Source of the DNA: Octopus vulgaris
Lineage: Eukaryota
DNA length: 64,000 bases
Direction of reading: 5' to 3'
NCBI GenBank assembly: GCA_951406725.2
Contig: OX597838.1
Coordinates: forward strand, 40,238,001 to 40,302,000
Part shown: piece by piece, positions 14,301 through 27,255 of the stretch
Position numbering within the stretch: the stretch's first letter is position 1
How the letters are laid out: every line of letters begins with the position of its first letter
Position numbers and translations under genes: made by a program
The notes under the pieces: generated by a model
The model's database searches: none
What the model saw: the letters and a program-made list of their open reading frames with translations, nothing else
Told to the model about the DNA's origin: nothing

Positions 14301-14515
14301 TCATCATCATCATCGTTTAACGTCTGTTTTCCATGCTAGCATGGGTTGGACGGTTTGCACCAGGCTCCAGTCTGATCTGGCAGTTTTTCTACAGCTGGAT
14401 GACTTTCCTAACGCCAACCAATCCATGAGTGTAGTGAGTGCCTATTACGTGCCACCAGCACAGGGGCGAGAGGAGGCTGGCAACGGTCACGAGTGGTTCG
14501 TGCTTTTAACGTGCC
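14301..14515 (-). mobile_element. Short RTE-related non-autonomous retroelement with (GAT)n tail
   Basis: Minus strand ends ggaaaacagacgttaaac(gat)n and contains ggttggcgttaggaaag, which resemble RTE termini. Confidence 0.55.
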
Positions 14516-14516
14516 T

Positions 14517-14548
<32 letters not shown>

Positions 14549-14623
14549 TGTATGTATGTATGTATGTATGTATGTATGTATGTATGCATGTATGTATGTA
14601 TGTATGAGTGTATGTATGTATAT

Positions 14624-14847
14624 CTCTTTTACTCTTTTACTCTTTTACTTGTTTCAGTCAGTTGACTGCGGCCATGCTGGAGCACCGCCTTTAATCGAGA
14701 AACTCGATCCCGGGACTTATTCTTTTGTAAGCCCAGTACTTATTCTATCAGTCTCTTTTGCCGAACCGCTAAGTAACGGGAACATAAACACACCAGCATT
14801 GGTTGTCAAGCAATGCTAGGGGGAAAAACACAGACACACAAACACAC

Positions 14848-14936
<89 letters not shown>

Positions 14937-15102
14937 TGCGACGGGCTTCTTTCAGTTTCCGTCTATCAAATCCATTCACAAGGCTTTGGTCGGCCCGAGG
15001 CTATAGTAGAAGACACTTGCCGAAGGTGCCACGCAGTGGGACTGAACCCGGAACCATGTGGTTGGTAAACAAGCTACTTACCACACAGCCACTCCTGCGC
15101 CT
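14624..15102 (-). mobile_element. SINE family A, full length
   Basis: Head aggcgcaggagtggctgtgtggtaag...ccgggttcagtccc, internal (TA)/(TG) microsatellite, tail (aaagagta)n. Confidence 0.92.
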
Positions 15103-15427
15103 ATATGATTTTTACATTTTGCCGTATATCTCTTAAGTTGCAGTCGATTCTCAGATATGAAAAATCCCCCTTATATTCATTTGATTTCCTAGAAGGAACA
15201 AAATACAAATAATGAACAAAAGGTAGAAATGAAGTTATTCAGAGGTGGGGCTGAGTAACTTTCATTCCATTTTTCATTTTCATCTATCATTCATCTTGCA
15301 TCATAGGTTTTTGTTTTTTATTTACTTTGTTCTATGTCTCCATGTTTGTATTGTCCCCTCTATGTACGCCTCTTGTGGGCAATAAAAAAGAACCCACTGT
15401 TTAGTTTTGTTCTGTGCGTGTTTCCTG

Positions 15428-15500
15428 TTCATCCTGATGAGGAGGTAATTGAAATGCAATCGAACAGCGGTAATGAGCTCCCGAAATGGCCATAGGTGAG
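15428..15500 (+). ncRNA. Putative type I hammerhead ribozyme
   Basis: ttcatc CTGATGA ggag..ctcc c GAAA tggcca TA ggtgag; helix I pairs with G-U wobbles; palindromic helix III. Confidence 0.55.
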
Positions 15501-15901
15501 TTTGAATTGATTTTGTGGAACTATTCTTGCTCATGGACTCTAACCTACCATGGTTTTAAGAATTGAACTTTTTGGACGTACTCTTGTATGAGGGGAGGGA
15601 AAAAATAATAACTTTTTAGTCGACTGGGATTTTATTTTATCTTAGTTTCTTCAATTTTTTAGTGGCATGACACGCTTTAGAATTTTCATGAATTTTTAGT
15701 CGGTCATATTTACCTTTTTAATAGGCCGTTCTATACATTTATATTTTATTCGCATATAGATTTTTACCTTCTGTGTTTTTATGTATATTTTTATATGTTT
15801 AAGAACTATGGTAATATTTATATATGATCAAATGTTTGAGGTACGGTGGTATAAAAAAAGTCGTTGACTCGAATTTGAAGTTTGTTCTATGATCAATGTT
15901 T

Positions 15902-15955
<54 letters not shown>

Positions 15956-16085
15956 TCAAAATCAGCAACAAGAATAACTTCGGTAATTTGGTACGATCGT
16001 TTCACGCTACATCATTTTATTAAATATTGTAAGTATTACAACAGTTTTAAAATGTTGAGCAATTATCAGCCAATTATAGAGGTTT

Positions 16086-16142
<57 letters not shown>

Positions 16143-16160
16143 CTTGTTTAGGTATATTCT

Positions 16161-16588
16161 TTTGTTTTAGTCATATGCCTACGGCCATGCTGGAGCACCG
16201 CTTTTAGTCGAACAAATCGACCCTAGAACTTATTCTTTGTAAGCCATCAGTTTCTTTTTTATCGGTGTCTTTTGCTGAACCGGGGACCTAAACATACCAA
16301 CATTGGTTATCAAGTGATGCTGGGGGACAAACATAGACACACAAATACATGCGCGCGCGCACACACACACACATACACACACACGCACATATATATATAT
16401 GAGAATATATATATGAATATATATATATATGAGAGGCTTCTTTCAGTTTCCGCCTACCAAATCCACTCACAAGGCTTTGGTCGGCCCGAAGCTAGAATAC
16501 ACTTGCTCAAGGTGTCACGGAGTGGGAATGAACCCGGAACCACGTGGTTGGGAAGCAAGCTACTTACCACACAGCAAAATCTACGCCT
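16161..16588 (-). mobile_element. SINE family A, diverged
   Basis: Colinear with 14624-15102. Confidence 0.85.
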
Positions 16589-17247
16589 ATGTATGATTAT
16601 ATATATGTGTGTGTATTTATGTATGGGTATATGTGTGTGAATAAATGCTTTTGTGCGGCGGAATCTATAAGTACTTGGTCACCTATGAATTCGATAACCG
16701 ACCGCCTTTAATTAATTAAGATATGATAAACCGAAGCGATCAGCACAAAATCAGTTGTACAGTAAAAGTTAATGCTTTACCCAAATATCCAATTGAAACC
16801 CAAGGCGAGGTTATTCTGGGTACGTATATATGAGTATATATATGTGTGTGTGTGTATGTGTGTGCGTGTGTATGTGTAATTTTTGCTACGTATTTTATCT
16901 GTTCATTATGTATTAATGTGTATTAATGTATTATTTTCTTTTTGCCTCATTTTATCATTGTTTAACATTATAAGCAGAGACACACGTGGTCATGTAGAGC
17001 TATATATTTTATGATGTTTTCTATATACACCTTTGCTTTTTGGTTGTACTTCTTACAATAGCATCTAAACAGTAAATAGCAATGTACAAGTGCAATCAAT
17101 ATTACCTGCCCTGACGAAGTTCTGAGAGGCAGCAAGAATGGAAGAGCTCACCTGTAGGGGAAATACTCCAATAATAATAATAACAACGACAATAATAATA
17201 ATAATAATAATAATATTAATAACAACAAAAACAACAACAACAACACC

Positions 17248-17291
<44 letters not shown>

Positions 17292-17700
17292 ACACACACA
17301 CACACATATCTTCATAAGTATTTGTGTCTATGTGTTTGTGTGCATCTGTGTGTGTGTGTGTATTGTATTATGTGTAGCCTGCCTTTGGCTGGATGGTTGG
17401 ATCGTTTCTATTTTTCACATTTGCAATCAAATATTAAATAGCTTTTCAAACTTCAGCTGCAAATAACGGAAGCTATGATAATGGATTAAAAGCAACAATA
17501 GTAGCAACATTGATAATAGCAGAAAGATAGTAGTAGTTGTTGTAGTAGAAGTAGCAGTTTATAGCAGTAGTAGTAGTAGTAGTAGTAGTCGTAGTAGTAG
17601 TAGAAATAGTAGTAGCAGCAGCAGCAGTAGTAGTTAGAGAATTAATAATTTCTCATTGGTAGAAAAATAACAACGACATCTTGAAAGTGATAAATAATCA

Positions 17701-18777
17701 TCAAAGCATAGATGTTGTTGTTGTTTTACCAATGTCATCATTATTGTAAGAATATCTAAAGCAAGTTTTCAGTGAAGTTCGAACCATTTCCACGAAATGG
17801 TTCCGGAAGTGCTGACTCATGGTGCAGTAAAACAGGAAATTGATTGCGTTATTAATTAGCGCAATAATATCCATGACATCACCGAGTAATAAGTAAATTT
17901 TGAAGAAAAATCCATCGATAATGCTACTCAAAACTATGAAGATTCCTTGTGGAAGTTCTGTTATCAGAAATAAAACGATGATGGCCAGCAACATGCGCGT
18001 TGTCCGAGAGTGTTGGCGCACTCTTTGTTCCACCGACGAACTGCGGAGTATTTTTGTGCGCTGCTTGGTCTCTCGTAGCGTATGCAGTAAAAGTCCACCG
18101 AAAATGGTTATAAGAACGCACGGGAGCAATTTACCAATAACGGCATAGGACCAGAAAGCAATCACAGCAAAAAGTAGTGCGTCAGGGCGACCGATACCCA
18201 TATCTTTGAGGCCATATATACTCTCGTTGTTTTCGGTGGTCGTTGATAGGACGACGCGGTTAGTGAGATAATGTGGTATTGTAAAAACTGTCGCCACACC
18301 ATAGATGAGGCAGACTATCAGCGCCGTCGTCTGCACATTGGGAATACGTTCCCCTTTCCCCTTTGAAATGATGAAAAAGTATCGAAGCATTGCAAGAAAT
18401 ACGGCCAACCAAATTGATATCGTATGCGTTGTCATTGTGATATCGATGTGAAAAACGAAGAACAACACCCAACCGTATGAATATTTCTCTGGTGTTCTAC
18501 TCAGACCGTGCCTGATGTAGAAATGTATTGCAAAAGGGACATAGGAGGTCATGGTAAGGATGTCGGAAATTGCGATTCCCGTAAGGATGCAGTTGATTGA
18601 AGTGCGCATGCTCTTGTCAGTCAGTATGATGATGTTGACGATGTTGGTTACTATGCCGAACGTACAAACTACTAAGCTGAGGTAGCCGTGGATGTACCAG
18701 TAGCGGAGAGCAAATCGGTTCAGTAAACTTTCTTCTTCGCTGCCACTCTCGTCTTCGGTCAAGGAAATGTTAAGCAT
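17701..18777 (-). CDS. Class A (rhodopsin-like) neuropeptide GPCR, myosuppressin-receptor/dmsr-1-like, 358 aa, CDS in one exon
   Basis: Uninterrupted ORF with 7 hydrophobic segments: TM1 HGYLSLVVCTFGIVTNIVNIIIL, TM3 HTISIWLAVFLAMLRY, TM6 FLITELPQG, TM7 INNAINFLFYC, motifs typical of myosuppressin/FMRFamide/SPR-type receptors. ATG at 18777 (aagATG), N-glycosylation sequon NIS at residue 3, TGA at 17703-17701. Confidence 0.9.
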   Translation of the reverse strand: MLNISLTEDESGSEEESLLNRFALRYWYIHGYLSLVVCTFGIVTNIVNIIILTDKSMRTSINCILTGIAISDILTMTSYVPFAIHFYIRHGLSRTPEKYSYGWVLFFVFHIDITMTTHTISIWLAVFLAMLRYFFIISKGKGERIPNVQTTALIVCLIYGVATVFTIPHYLTNRVVLSTTTENNESIYGLKDMGIGRPDALLFAVIAFWSYAVIGKLLPCVLITIFGGLLLHTLRETKQRTKILRSSSVEQRVRQHSRTTRMLLAIIVLFLITELPQGIFIVLSSIIDGFFFKIYLLLGDVMDIIALINNAINFLFYCTMSQHFRNHFVEMVRTSLKTCFRYSYNNDDIGKTTTTSML

Positions 18778-18796
18778 CTTTACAATTTGGCAATAT

Positions 18797-18830
18797 CTGA
18801 AAAAGTTAAAGAAACAGAAAAGAAGACAAT
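18797..18830 (-). promoter_or_regulatory. 3' splice acceptor of the GPCR coding exon
   Basis: Minus strand reads gtcttcttttctgtttctttaactttttcAG|atattgcc: a polypyrimidine tract plus AG, 19 nt upstream of the ATG. Confidence 0.7.
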
Positions 18831-19628
18831 TAGCAAATTTTGCATAATTAACAATATCCTCTCCTCCAAATTCACGACCTCCCACTTTTCTACTCCTTTT
18901 TACTCGGGTTTTATATGCAAACATAGATTCAAACATACTTTTCTCTAAGTATTATTCTCTGGTATGCTTTCCCTTTTTTCTCTTCCCTGCTACCCAACTT
19001 TATACATCCCTCCTCTTCTTCTTTTTGTCACTTTCTCTCTTTATCCTTCCCCCCTTCCCTCTCCCTTTCTCCACTTATTCTTCACCCTAATTTAGCCAAC
19101 GACTTCTACTGCTACGAACATATATATTGAACTCTTTCTATCAACTGGTTTATATTTTGAAAAATTTTAACTAAGTTGTTGCATAATAGATGCATTCCCT
19201 ATCAACACTCGAATCTTATGTATTAAATGGTTTCAAAATATCACTATATGATTTGACGTCAGTTTTACTGTTCAGGGTCAAAACACCCGATGATCGTTGA
19301 GTACCGTCTAATGATATCCGTTCCTCCCGGCCAAAGTTCCATCCACTTTGGAGATTGGAAAAAAAGCAATTTCTTCTAGATGTAATCAATAGCATAAGAA
19401 CTGCCTGTCTATCTGTCATATATATATATATATATATATGTACGTATGTATGTATGTATGTATGTATGTATGTATGTATGTATGTATGTATGTATGTATG
19501 TATGCATGTATGTATGTATGTGTATATATATATATATGTATATATATATGTATGTATGTATGTATGTATGCATGTATGTATGTATGTATGTATGTGTATA
19601 TATATATATATGTATATATATATATGTA

Positions 19629-19664
<36 letters not shown>

Positions 19665-19702
19665 TGTATGTATGTATGTATGTATATATATATATATGTA
19701 TA

Positions 19703-19738
<36 letters not shown>

Positions 19739-19752
19739 TGCATGTATGTATG

Positions 19753-19791
<39 letters not shown>

Positions 19792-19858
19792 CTGTATGTA
19801 TGTATGTATGTATGTATGTATGTATGTATGTATGTATGTATGTATGCATGTACGTATG

Positions 19859-19900
<42 letters not shown>

Positions 19901-19904
<4 letters not shown>

Positions 19905-20695
19905 AGTTGTCTACTCTTTATGCAGAGTCTGACCGCCTCTTGTACCTCCATCTTAGATCCATCATGGGGTCTGATGTGGCTTTTAAAACCAGACAATGTA
20001 TTGAAAAGACACCCACATAGCTTGTAGCTTGCATATATCGGATTTGGACCACCAAGGGCTGCAGTTAAGTTCTCATCTTTGTAGATCTTAAAATGTCTTT
20101 TGAGGCCTTCGTTAGATTTGCAGACCTTATAGTATACACAGCATTGAAAGTTGTGCTCAGATATATATAGGCAGAAGATTTGGCGGAGATTTGTCTTTCA
20201 TGAGTCCGCGAATGAGATTTGAGCCCAGCAAAAGAAAAGCATGGTCTGTCACAAACTGTACACAAAAAGGTTATTGTGATTAACCTTCTCGATCATAACA
20301 TTCTTCTTTAAATCTCTCTCGAGTCTTGCATGCGTTATCCTGGCCTCTTCAAACGCTTTCACTCCACTCCACACTTTTGTTCGCTATCCATCTCGATCCG
20401 AAGCAAGGGTTTCTACGTTCTCTAGATCCATTCCAAGTGACTTCATGGTAGTCCTTATGCCGTCCCTTAACCTCTTTCTAGGTTTACACCGATAACATTT
20501 CCCTTCTGCAAACTCACCACAAAACAGCTTTTTGGGTGCGCGTTCATCCACCATTCGAACAATATGGCCAGACAATTTCATTTGAATTTTCAGAAAAATT
20601 GCTTTAATTGAAGTGATGCCTGCAGACGCAAGGACATCTGTGTTTGGAGTAAAAGAACTCCATTTAATGTTTAAAATGCGATGAAGGAGTTTATG
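19901..20695 (-). mobile_element. RTE/BovB-like LINE 3' fragment with C2H2-like zinc fingers
   Basis: KLSGHIVRMVDERAPKKLFCGE..KPRKRLRDGI and CTVCDRPCFSFAGLKSHSRTH peptides, broken by stops and frameshifts. Confidence 0.85.
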
Positions 20696-20738
20696 TTAAC
20701 AACAAACAAGATGAAGACACATATCCGTCAATTGTAAA

Positions 20739-20962
20739 TACTCTTTTACTCTTTTACTTGTATCAGTCAGTTCACTGCGGCCATGCTGGAGCACCGCCTT
20801 TAGTCGAGCAAATCGACCCCGGGACTTATTCTTTGTAAGCCCAGTACTTATTCTATCGGTCTCTTTTTGCCGAACCGCTAAGTGACGGGGATGTAAACAC
20901 ACCAGCATCAGTTGTCAAGCAATGCTAGGGGGACAAACACAGACACACAAACACACACACGC

Positions 20963-21002
<40 letters not shown>

Positions 21003-21165
21003 GACGGGCTTCTTTCAGTTTCCGTCTACCAAATCCACTCACAAGGCATTGGTCGGCCCGAGGCTATAGTAGAAGATACTTGCCGAAGGTGCCATGCAGT
21101 GGGACTGAACCCGGAATCATGTGGTTGGTTAGCAAGCTACTTACCACACAGCCACTCCTGCACCT
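20739..21165 (-). mobile_element. SINE family A, full length
   Basis: Colinear with 14624-15102. Confidence 0.92.
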
Positions 21166-21760
21166 ATAATAATGTAAAGAATGCAAGAAAGTTCTCCAGA
21201 AAAGTTAACAAGGAATCTTTTAAAAATCTTTCCCCCGCAGTTAACAAAGAACTTACCACATCAACAAACCTAACTGTAAAACTATATTATTAAAAATTTT
21301 ATATTGATTAGAACACACGTCAACGCCAAAAAAAGGCTACGACAAAACATCTCATAGCTTTAAACGCTAACATCAGATTTTCGGAACAGTTACAGCAAGA
21401 TATTACTGTCCAACAAGCTCTACTGACGCAGATACCTCGCCACCAAGGACGACATCTAGAGCGAAAGGAGGCGGGGAGGGGCTGAAAGCTGTCGACAGCC
21501 AAGAAAGCCGTTTACTACTGTCATTTAGAAAGATTGTTTTGAAGGGAGGGTGAGCAACATGGCTGCTCACACACAGAACGGTCGAAAGAAATGGATCAAT
21601 AAATGAGCTCATCTGTCTTCTTCAGTTTCATGCCTTTTTTTTTTTAATTAAAAGAAAACCTGATGCTTTTCTTTCCTGTCAAGCACATAATTGTTTGAGA
21701 GGCCACGGACTTGGAATGGGTAATGTTTCAGTTACTTAAGAGAGTAAGATATAGACAACG

Positions 21761-21849
<89 letters not shown>

Positions 21850-21938
21850 GACACTCACACGCAGACACACACACGCAGACACACACAGACACACACGCGC
21901 ACACACACGTACAAACACACACATACACACACACGCAG

Positions 21939-21982
<44 letters not shown>

Positions 21983-22260
21983 GTACAAACACACACATGC
22001 ACACACACACGCAGACACACACACACACACATATATATGTATATGTATTTATATATGTATGTAAGTATATATATGTGTGTGTGTCTCTATGTATGTATAT
22101 ATATATACATACATACATACATACATACATACATACATAGATACATGTACACATATATAAATAATTAGATATACAGATTAATAGATAAATAAATAAACAG
22201 ATATATATTTATAGATAGACAGATATACAGACATATAGTATAAGAGGGAGAGTAATAGAT

Positions 22261-22936
22261 CATCATCATCATCATTGTTCGACCGTGGTCGAGACAATGG
22301 AATTTACAAAGCTACGCCAGACTTCACGGTCCATCATAGCATTACGGAGGTCCTGTTGCTGGATGCCTGTATCCCTGGAGATTACATCAGGGTAGGAGAG
22401 TGTGCGCCCTCTGGTGTTGCGAGTAGATGGCTTCCAGAGGAGAAGAGTAGAAATTACTTCTTTTTCAGCTCTACAACAATGTCCAGCAAACTGGACTCTC
22501 CTACCCTTCACAAGAGATGACACAGGTGGTAATTTCCCATATATTTGCATTTTAGTTGGATGGCGCCTCCACGAGAGATTTTGAGCTCTCATAAGGAGGC
22601 GAGTGTAGGTTCCATCCAACCGCCTCTCAAGCTTCTTTGATAACGTCCAGGTTTCTGAGCCATATAGTAGGATTGGTTCGACTGTGGCTTTGAATATTTC
22701 AAGTTTGAAGTCTCTACTTAGATTTGATGACCAGATCTTATGCATGTCATTACAGGCTGACCAGGCCATACCCTTTCTAGTTAGAAAGTCTTTTCCAGAT
22801 GATGATATGTATGACCCAAGATATTTATAATCAGAAACCATATTTAAAGGTGCACTGTTGAGAGTGTGGATGATGCAATCACTGTTGGACAGGCACTTGT
22901 TTATGTATTCAGTTTTGGTCTTCAGTTTTGGTATTC
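22261..22936 (-). mobile_element. 5'-truncated RTE-clade LINE with TSD
   Basis: Open frame DYKYLGS...VEPILLYGSETWTL...RRVQFAGHC; (TGA)n tail; TSD AGTAATAGAT at 22251-22260 and 22937-22946. Confidence 0.92.
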
Positions 22937-22940
22937 AGTA

Positions 22941-23012
<72 letters not shown>

Positions 23013-23526
23013 GGAGAGAGAGAGAGAGAGTGAGAGAGAGGATATAGGATACAAAGACGAATTGAAAGATTTAGGGAGATGAGATAAATGACGATTGTGA
23101 ATACAGACGTCTGGATGTACATGAAACGTATAAACATGCTGATTAATAGGAAGGCGTCTAAGCAAATTATTGCAATGGCCAACGTTCTGTGAGGCAGGAG
23201 AGTCTGCCAAACTCATCAAATCTATTTATCGTGTCCAAAGCTGGCTTTTAGCACTAAGGTGCCGGCGAACGTGGGCGACAACGCAATTTTCTCAGACACG
23301 TTATAACATTCCCATTACGGAGCTGTTGCTGCGTTGTCAAATGTTATCCATTTCATTGAATGTTGTGCAGTATGTCAGCAGTTCAATTGAGTCCTACTGA
23401 TCTCCCTCACTTACTTGAGAAGGTTGGATTATTTGAATACATGTATAAATATGTTTGTGTGTGTGCGTGTATGTGAGTGTATGCCAATCTACACACACAC
23501 ACACACGCACACACACATACACACAT

Positions 23527-23583
<57 letters not shown>

Positions 23584-23877
23584 GTATATAAACACATATA
23601 TATGCATTATATCTATATGTATATAATGTATATGTACATGTATCCACACAGTATGTACAGGTATTATATGAATATATACGCACACACACACACACACACA
23701 TATACACACATACTTCCAACCAAAAACCTTTTATGGATATAATATAGCGAATAATTTGGATGTATTTATTAAATATTTTTCAACAAAGTTCAGATTAAAC
23801 ACCCGCCCAAATACACACACAAATACACATTTACACGCAATCACACATACACACAAATACACGCAATCAGACACACT

Positions 23878-23914
<37 letters not shown>

Positions 23915-24363
23915 ATACACACATGACACACTCGCGCACCCGTGCATACACAAAGACAAAGAATGACTGCGACCCGATTTCGCGCATTGCCGCCATTTGG
24001 CTGTTTTCTCAATCGATAGGTTTGCAGTCCTGCAAAGAAGCACGAGTCTTTTACACAGCTGCGTCAATGATTGGCGTCTCATGTAACAGGTATTCTAGGA
24101 GCTTGCTGACTCTTGCTGACTCTTGCTGACTCATGCCCTCATTCTTTGAATTTTTCATGGAGAGTGATGCCTCTTACGCTTACATCCAGACATAGGAATG
24201 CAACACATATTAGAGATGCAAAAATTCAAGCGATGCCCGTCCCCGAAGTGTCTTAAACTGAAGAAACACCTTGCACAGGGTCAATTTCACTTTCTAAACA
24301 TGGGATGCATTTAACGAAAAGAATTAACCGACTGTATTGTGTGCATGCGTATGTGTTTGTATA

Positions 24364-24483
<120 letters not shown>

Positions 24484-24698
24484 ATATAAGGGTAGCAAAA
24501 ATCTCTAGAAGAAATTCTCCGCTACCAGCGGTCTAGCGAGAAAGAAAAGATAGTCAAAGACTATATAATATACATTCAACAATATAAGGAATGGCCATAA
24601 TAGGCCATTCGACTCCCTAGAAAGAGCAGCCAAACTCAAACCGCTAAATAGTTGTAATTCTGAAATTGAAAGAGAAATAAAAACATTTACCTCTTTCA

Positions 24699-24793
24699 TC
24701 TCGGGACTATGCATAGTTTCGACAAACTTTTGTAAACACATTAATTAAATTAAATTAAATTTATTTACAACTGGCGTGTCTCGTCAGCAGAGA
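24699..24793 (-). ncRNA. Putative type I hammerhead ribozyme, canonical core
   Basis: tctctg CTGACGA gaca..tgtc GAAA ctatgcatag TC ccgaga. Confidence 0.7.
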
Positions 24794-24821
24794 AGCCGAG
24801 GACGAGTATATATCCACGAGG

Positions 24822-24866
<45 letters not shown>

Positions 24867-24870
<4 letters not shown>

Positions 24871-25060
24871 CCATTGGTGTCCCATGACTAGTAGGTTCGT
24901 GTTCTCAGTGACGAAGGTGCATGTGACTTCGTAGTCCAAAGTTGGAAGCACGCAGGCGCCTACAGATGTCACAGCAACGATCTGTTGAGTGGATTGAGGC
25001 GGATGCTGCATTGGGTTTCTGGCAGAAGAATGGCAACAGACAGTAGAAGAGGATGGGATA
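24867..25060 (-). mobile_element. RTE/BovB-like LINE extreme 3' end
   Basis: CDICRRLCASNFGLRSHMHLRH zinc-finger-like peptide followed by a short tail. Confidence 0.7.
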
Positions 25061-25229
25061 TAATCTAATGAATGAACGCTCTTCGTTTGTAATTTGTTTG
25101 CACTTTTAATTAACGCTTCAAATACGAACGCAAAATTTCACTCAACCTGGCATACATATTAACTAATAATTAGATACGTGCAAGTGGATCTGTACACACA
25201 TACAGATACCTACGCACACATACACAACA

Positions 25230-25385
25230 GCGATGTTAGACAGGCCTGCATGGGTGGCCCGACCTCTTCGACTATCATCAATTATCTGATGACTATGGCC
25301 TCTGTGTGAGTTTCTGGCGTTACTTTTAGGAACTACCACAATACCGAACTGAAGTATTTGGATGATATCACTCTATTCAGCAACA
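25230..25385 (+). mobile_element. Degenerate LINE RT fragment
   Basis: VRQAC..PDLF and ELKYLDDITLFS resemble RT motifs. Confidence 0.5.
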
Positions 25386-25490
25386 TGACCAGTGTGCATA
25401 TGTATGTACATTTTCGTATGTATATATGCATATATATATTATTTATATTATTATATGATTGAACGCCACGCATCCTTTTCCAAGTATGTA

Positions 25491-25558
<68 letters not shown>

Positions 25559-25560
<2 letters not shown>

Positions 25561-25790
25561 TCTTTATTACCCACAAGGGGCTAAAGATAGAGGGGACAAA
25601 CAAGGACAGAAAAAACGGATTAAGACGATTACATCGACCCCAGTGCTTAACTGGTACTTAATTTATCGACCCCGAAAGGATGAAAGGCAAAGTCGACCTC
25701 GGCGGAATTTGAACTCAGAACGTAGCGGCAGACGAAATACGACTACGCATTTCGCCCGGCGTGCTAACGGTTCTGCCAGCTCGCCGCCTT
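25559..25790 (-). mobile_element. SINE family B, full length
   Basis: Head aaggcggcgagctggcagaa..gttagc...gagttcaaattcc; core gactttgcctttcatcctttcggggtcgataa; tail ccccttgtgggtaataaagaaa. Other diverged copies at 2520-2630, 28285-28445, 40860-40960, 47965-48142, 62218-62328. Confidence 0.9.
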
Positions 25791-25797
25791 TATATAT

Positions 25798-25933
<136 letters not shown>

Positions 25934-26916
25934 GATTAGCTCAACTCTGGTAAGCAACCACAACCTAATCCGAGGAAAGGGTATAAAGATTCTGTAATGA
26001 AAAACCCGAAGAAACTATACTTGGACAAAAGTGATTTGGAAATTGATGTTCTAAATGGGAATAAGTAGAGAGGTGCTGTTGGGCCTGGTTTCCATGCCTG
26101 GGAGGAAAAGGTGATTCAGCACTCTGAGTTTAAAAGGGTCTGTCACAAAGGAACAATCTGGAACTGTGATCAACAGTGAACATTGGATATGTTTTATACG
26201 TGATAATATTCTGTGTGTCAAAAGCAGGATACGTGAATCATATGAAGTCACATGAAAATCGAAATACCCAGGTAGGTAATAATCATGAACCTCACAACCG
26301 CCTCTTACAACCTGTGTCACAAAACTTGTAAGACAATATCTGGACTTAGAGGACAATATGCAAGTTTACAAAAACATTCGTTCAGAATCAGATTAAAAAG
26401 GTCAAAAATATGGAAGAAACTGTTATTTGTGTTTTAAAACCTGTTAGTCAGCAGCTGGTCTTAAATGTTATCTGAGGGCTCATCAATGGAGTGATTGTGC
26501 TGGATGAAGCAATGATAATATATATGTATATATAAATATACGTATATCTGCATATGTATATACATAAATATATAAAGAATATGAGGGGTTTAGTTCACTG
26601 ATAATCTAAAGCTATAGGTACGCTGCGGCGTAAGTGCTATAATTGGTCATCCATTACATTCCAAATTCATAGCTGATGCTGGAGCTAAGGAAATGTAATA
26701 GGCTTCCAAGTCAGCGGGTATATATCAAAGGAAAAGGAAAACAAAAGGCAGGACGAGCATCTCAGGTTATTTAGAATATTTAATTGAAATAAAGGTGCAT
26801 CAAAAAAGGAGATTCTAATTAAATATGGTAAATGACCCGAGCTGCTCGTCTGACACTTCTAGACACACATATTTGCAGTAAATATTTTAGTTGGTAGAAA
26901 ACTATATTTTTCTGCC

Positions 26917-26958
<42 letters not shown>

Positions 26959-26997
26959 TTGTATGTGTGTGTATGTGTGTGTGCGTGTGTGTGTATG

Positions 26998-27032
<35 letters not shown>

Positions 27033-27057
27033 GTATGTATGTGTGTCTGTGTTTGTA

Positions 27058-27255
27058 TCTGTGTTTGTAGCCCACTGTTTGACAACAAGTGTTGATTTGT
27101 TTACTTTCCCGCAACGAAGCGGTTCGGCAAAAGACACCGATAGAGTAAGCACAAAACTTTTTAAAATGTGTTATAAAAGCGATTTGTCCGACTAAAGAGT
27201 TTCATGGACAGAACTCCAGCATGGTCGCAGTCCAGCGACAGAAACAAAAGACTAA
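27058..27255 (+). mobile_element. SINE family A 3' half; similar plus-strand fragments at 37815-37995, 41860-42070, 45905-46106, 48530-48672, 53022-53400
   Basis: Motifs ggttcggcaaaaga.accgatagagtaag and ctccagcatggtcgcagtc. Confidence 0.75.

Noticed and set aside
17106-17160. Hammerhead candidate CTGACGA...GTA
   Set aside because: GAAA reads GGAA and helix III does not close; at most a decayed remnant.
18778-18936. N-terminal 53 aa of the 411-aa ORF
   Set aside because: Runs through a polypyrimidine tract and AG acceptor; most likely intron plus 5' UTR.
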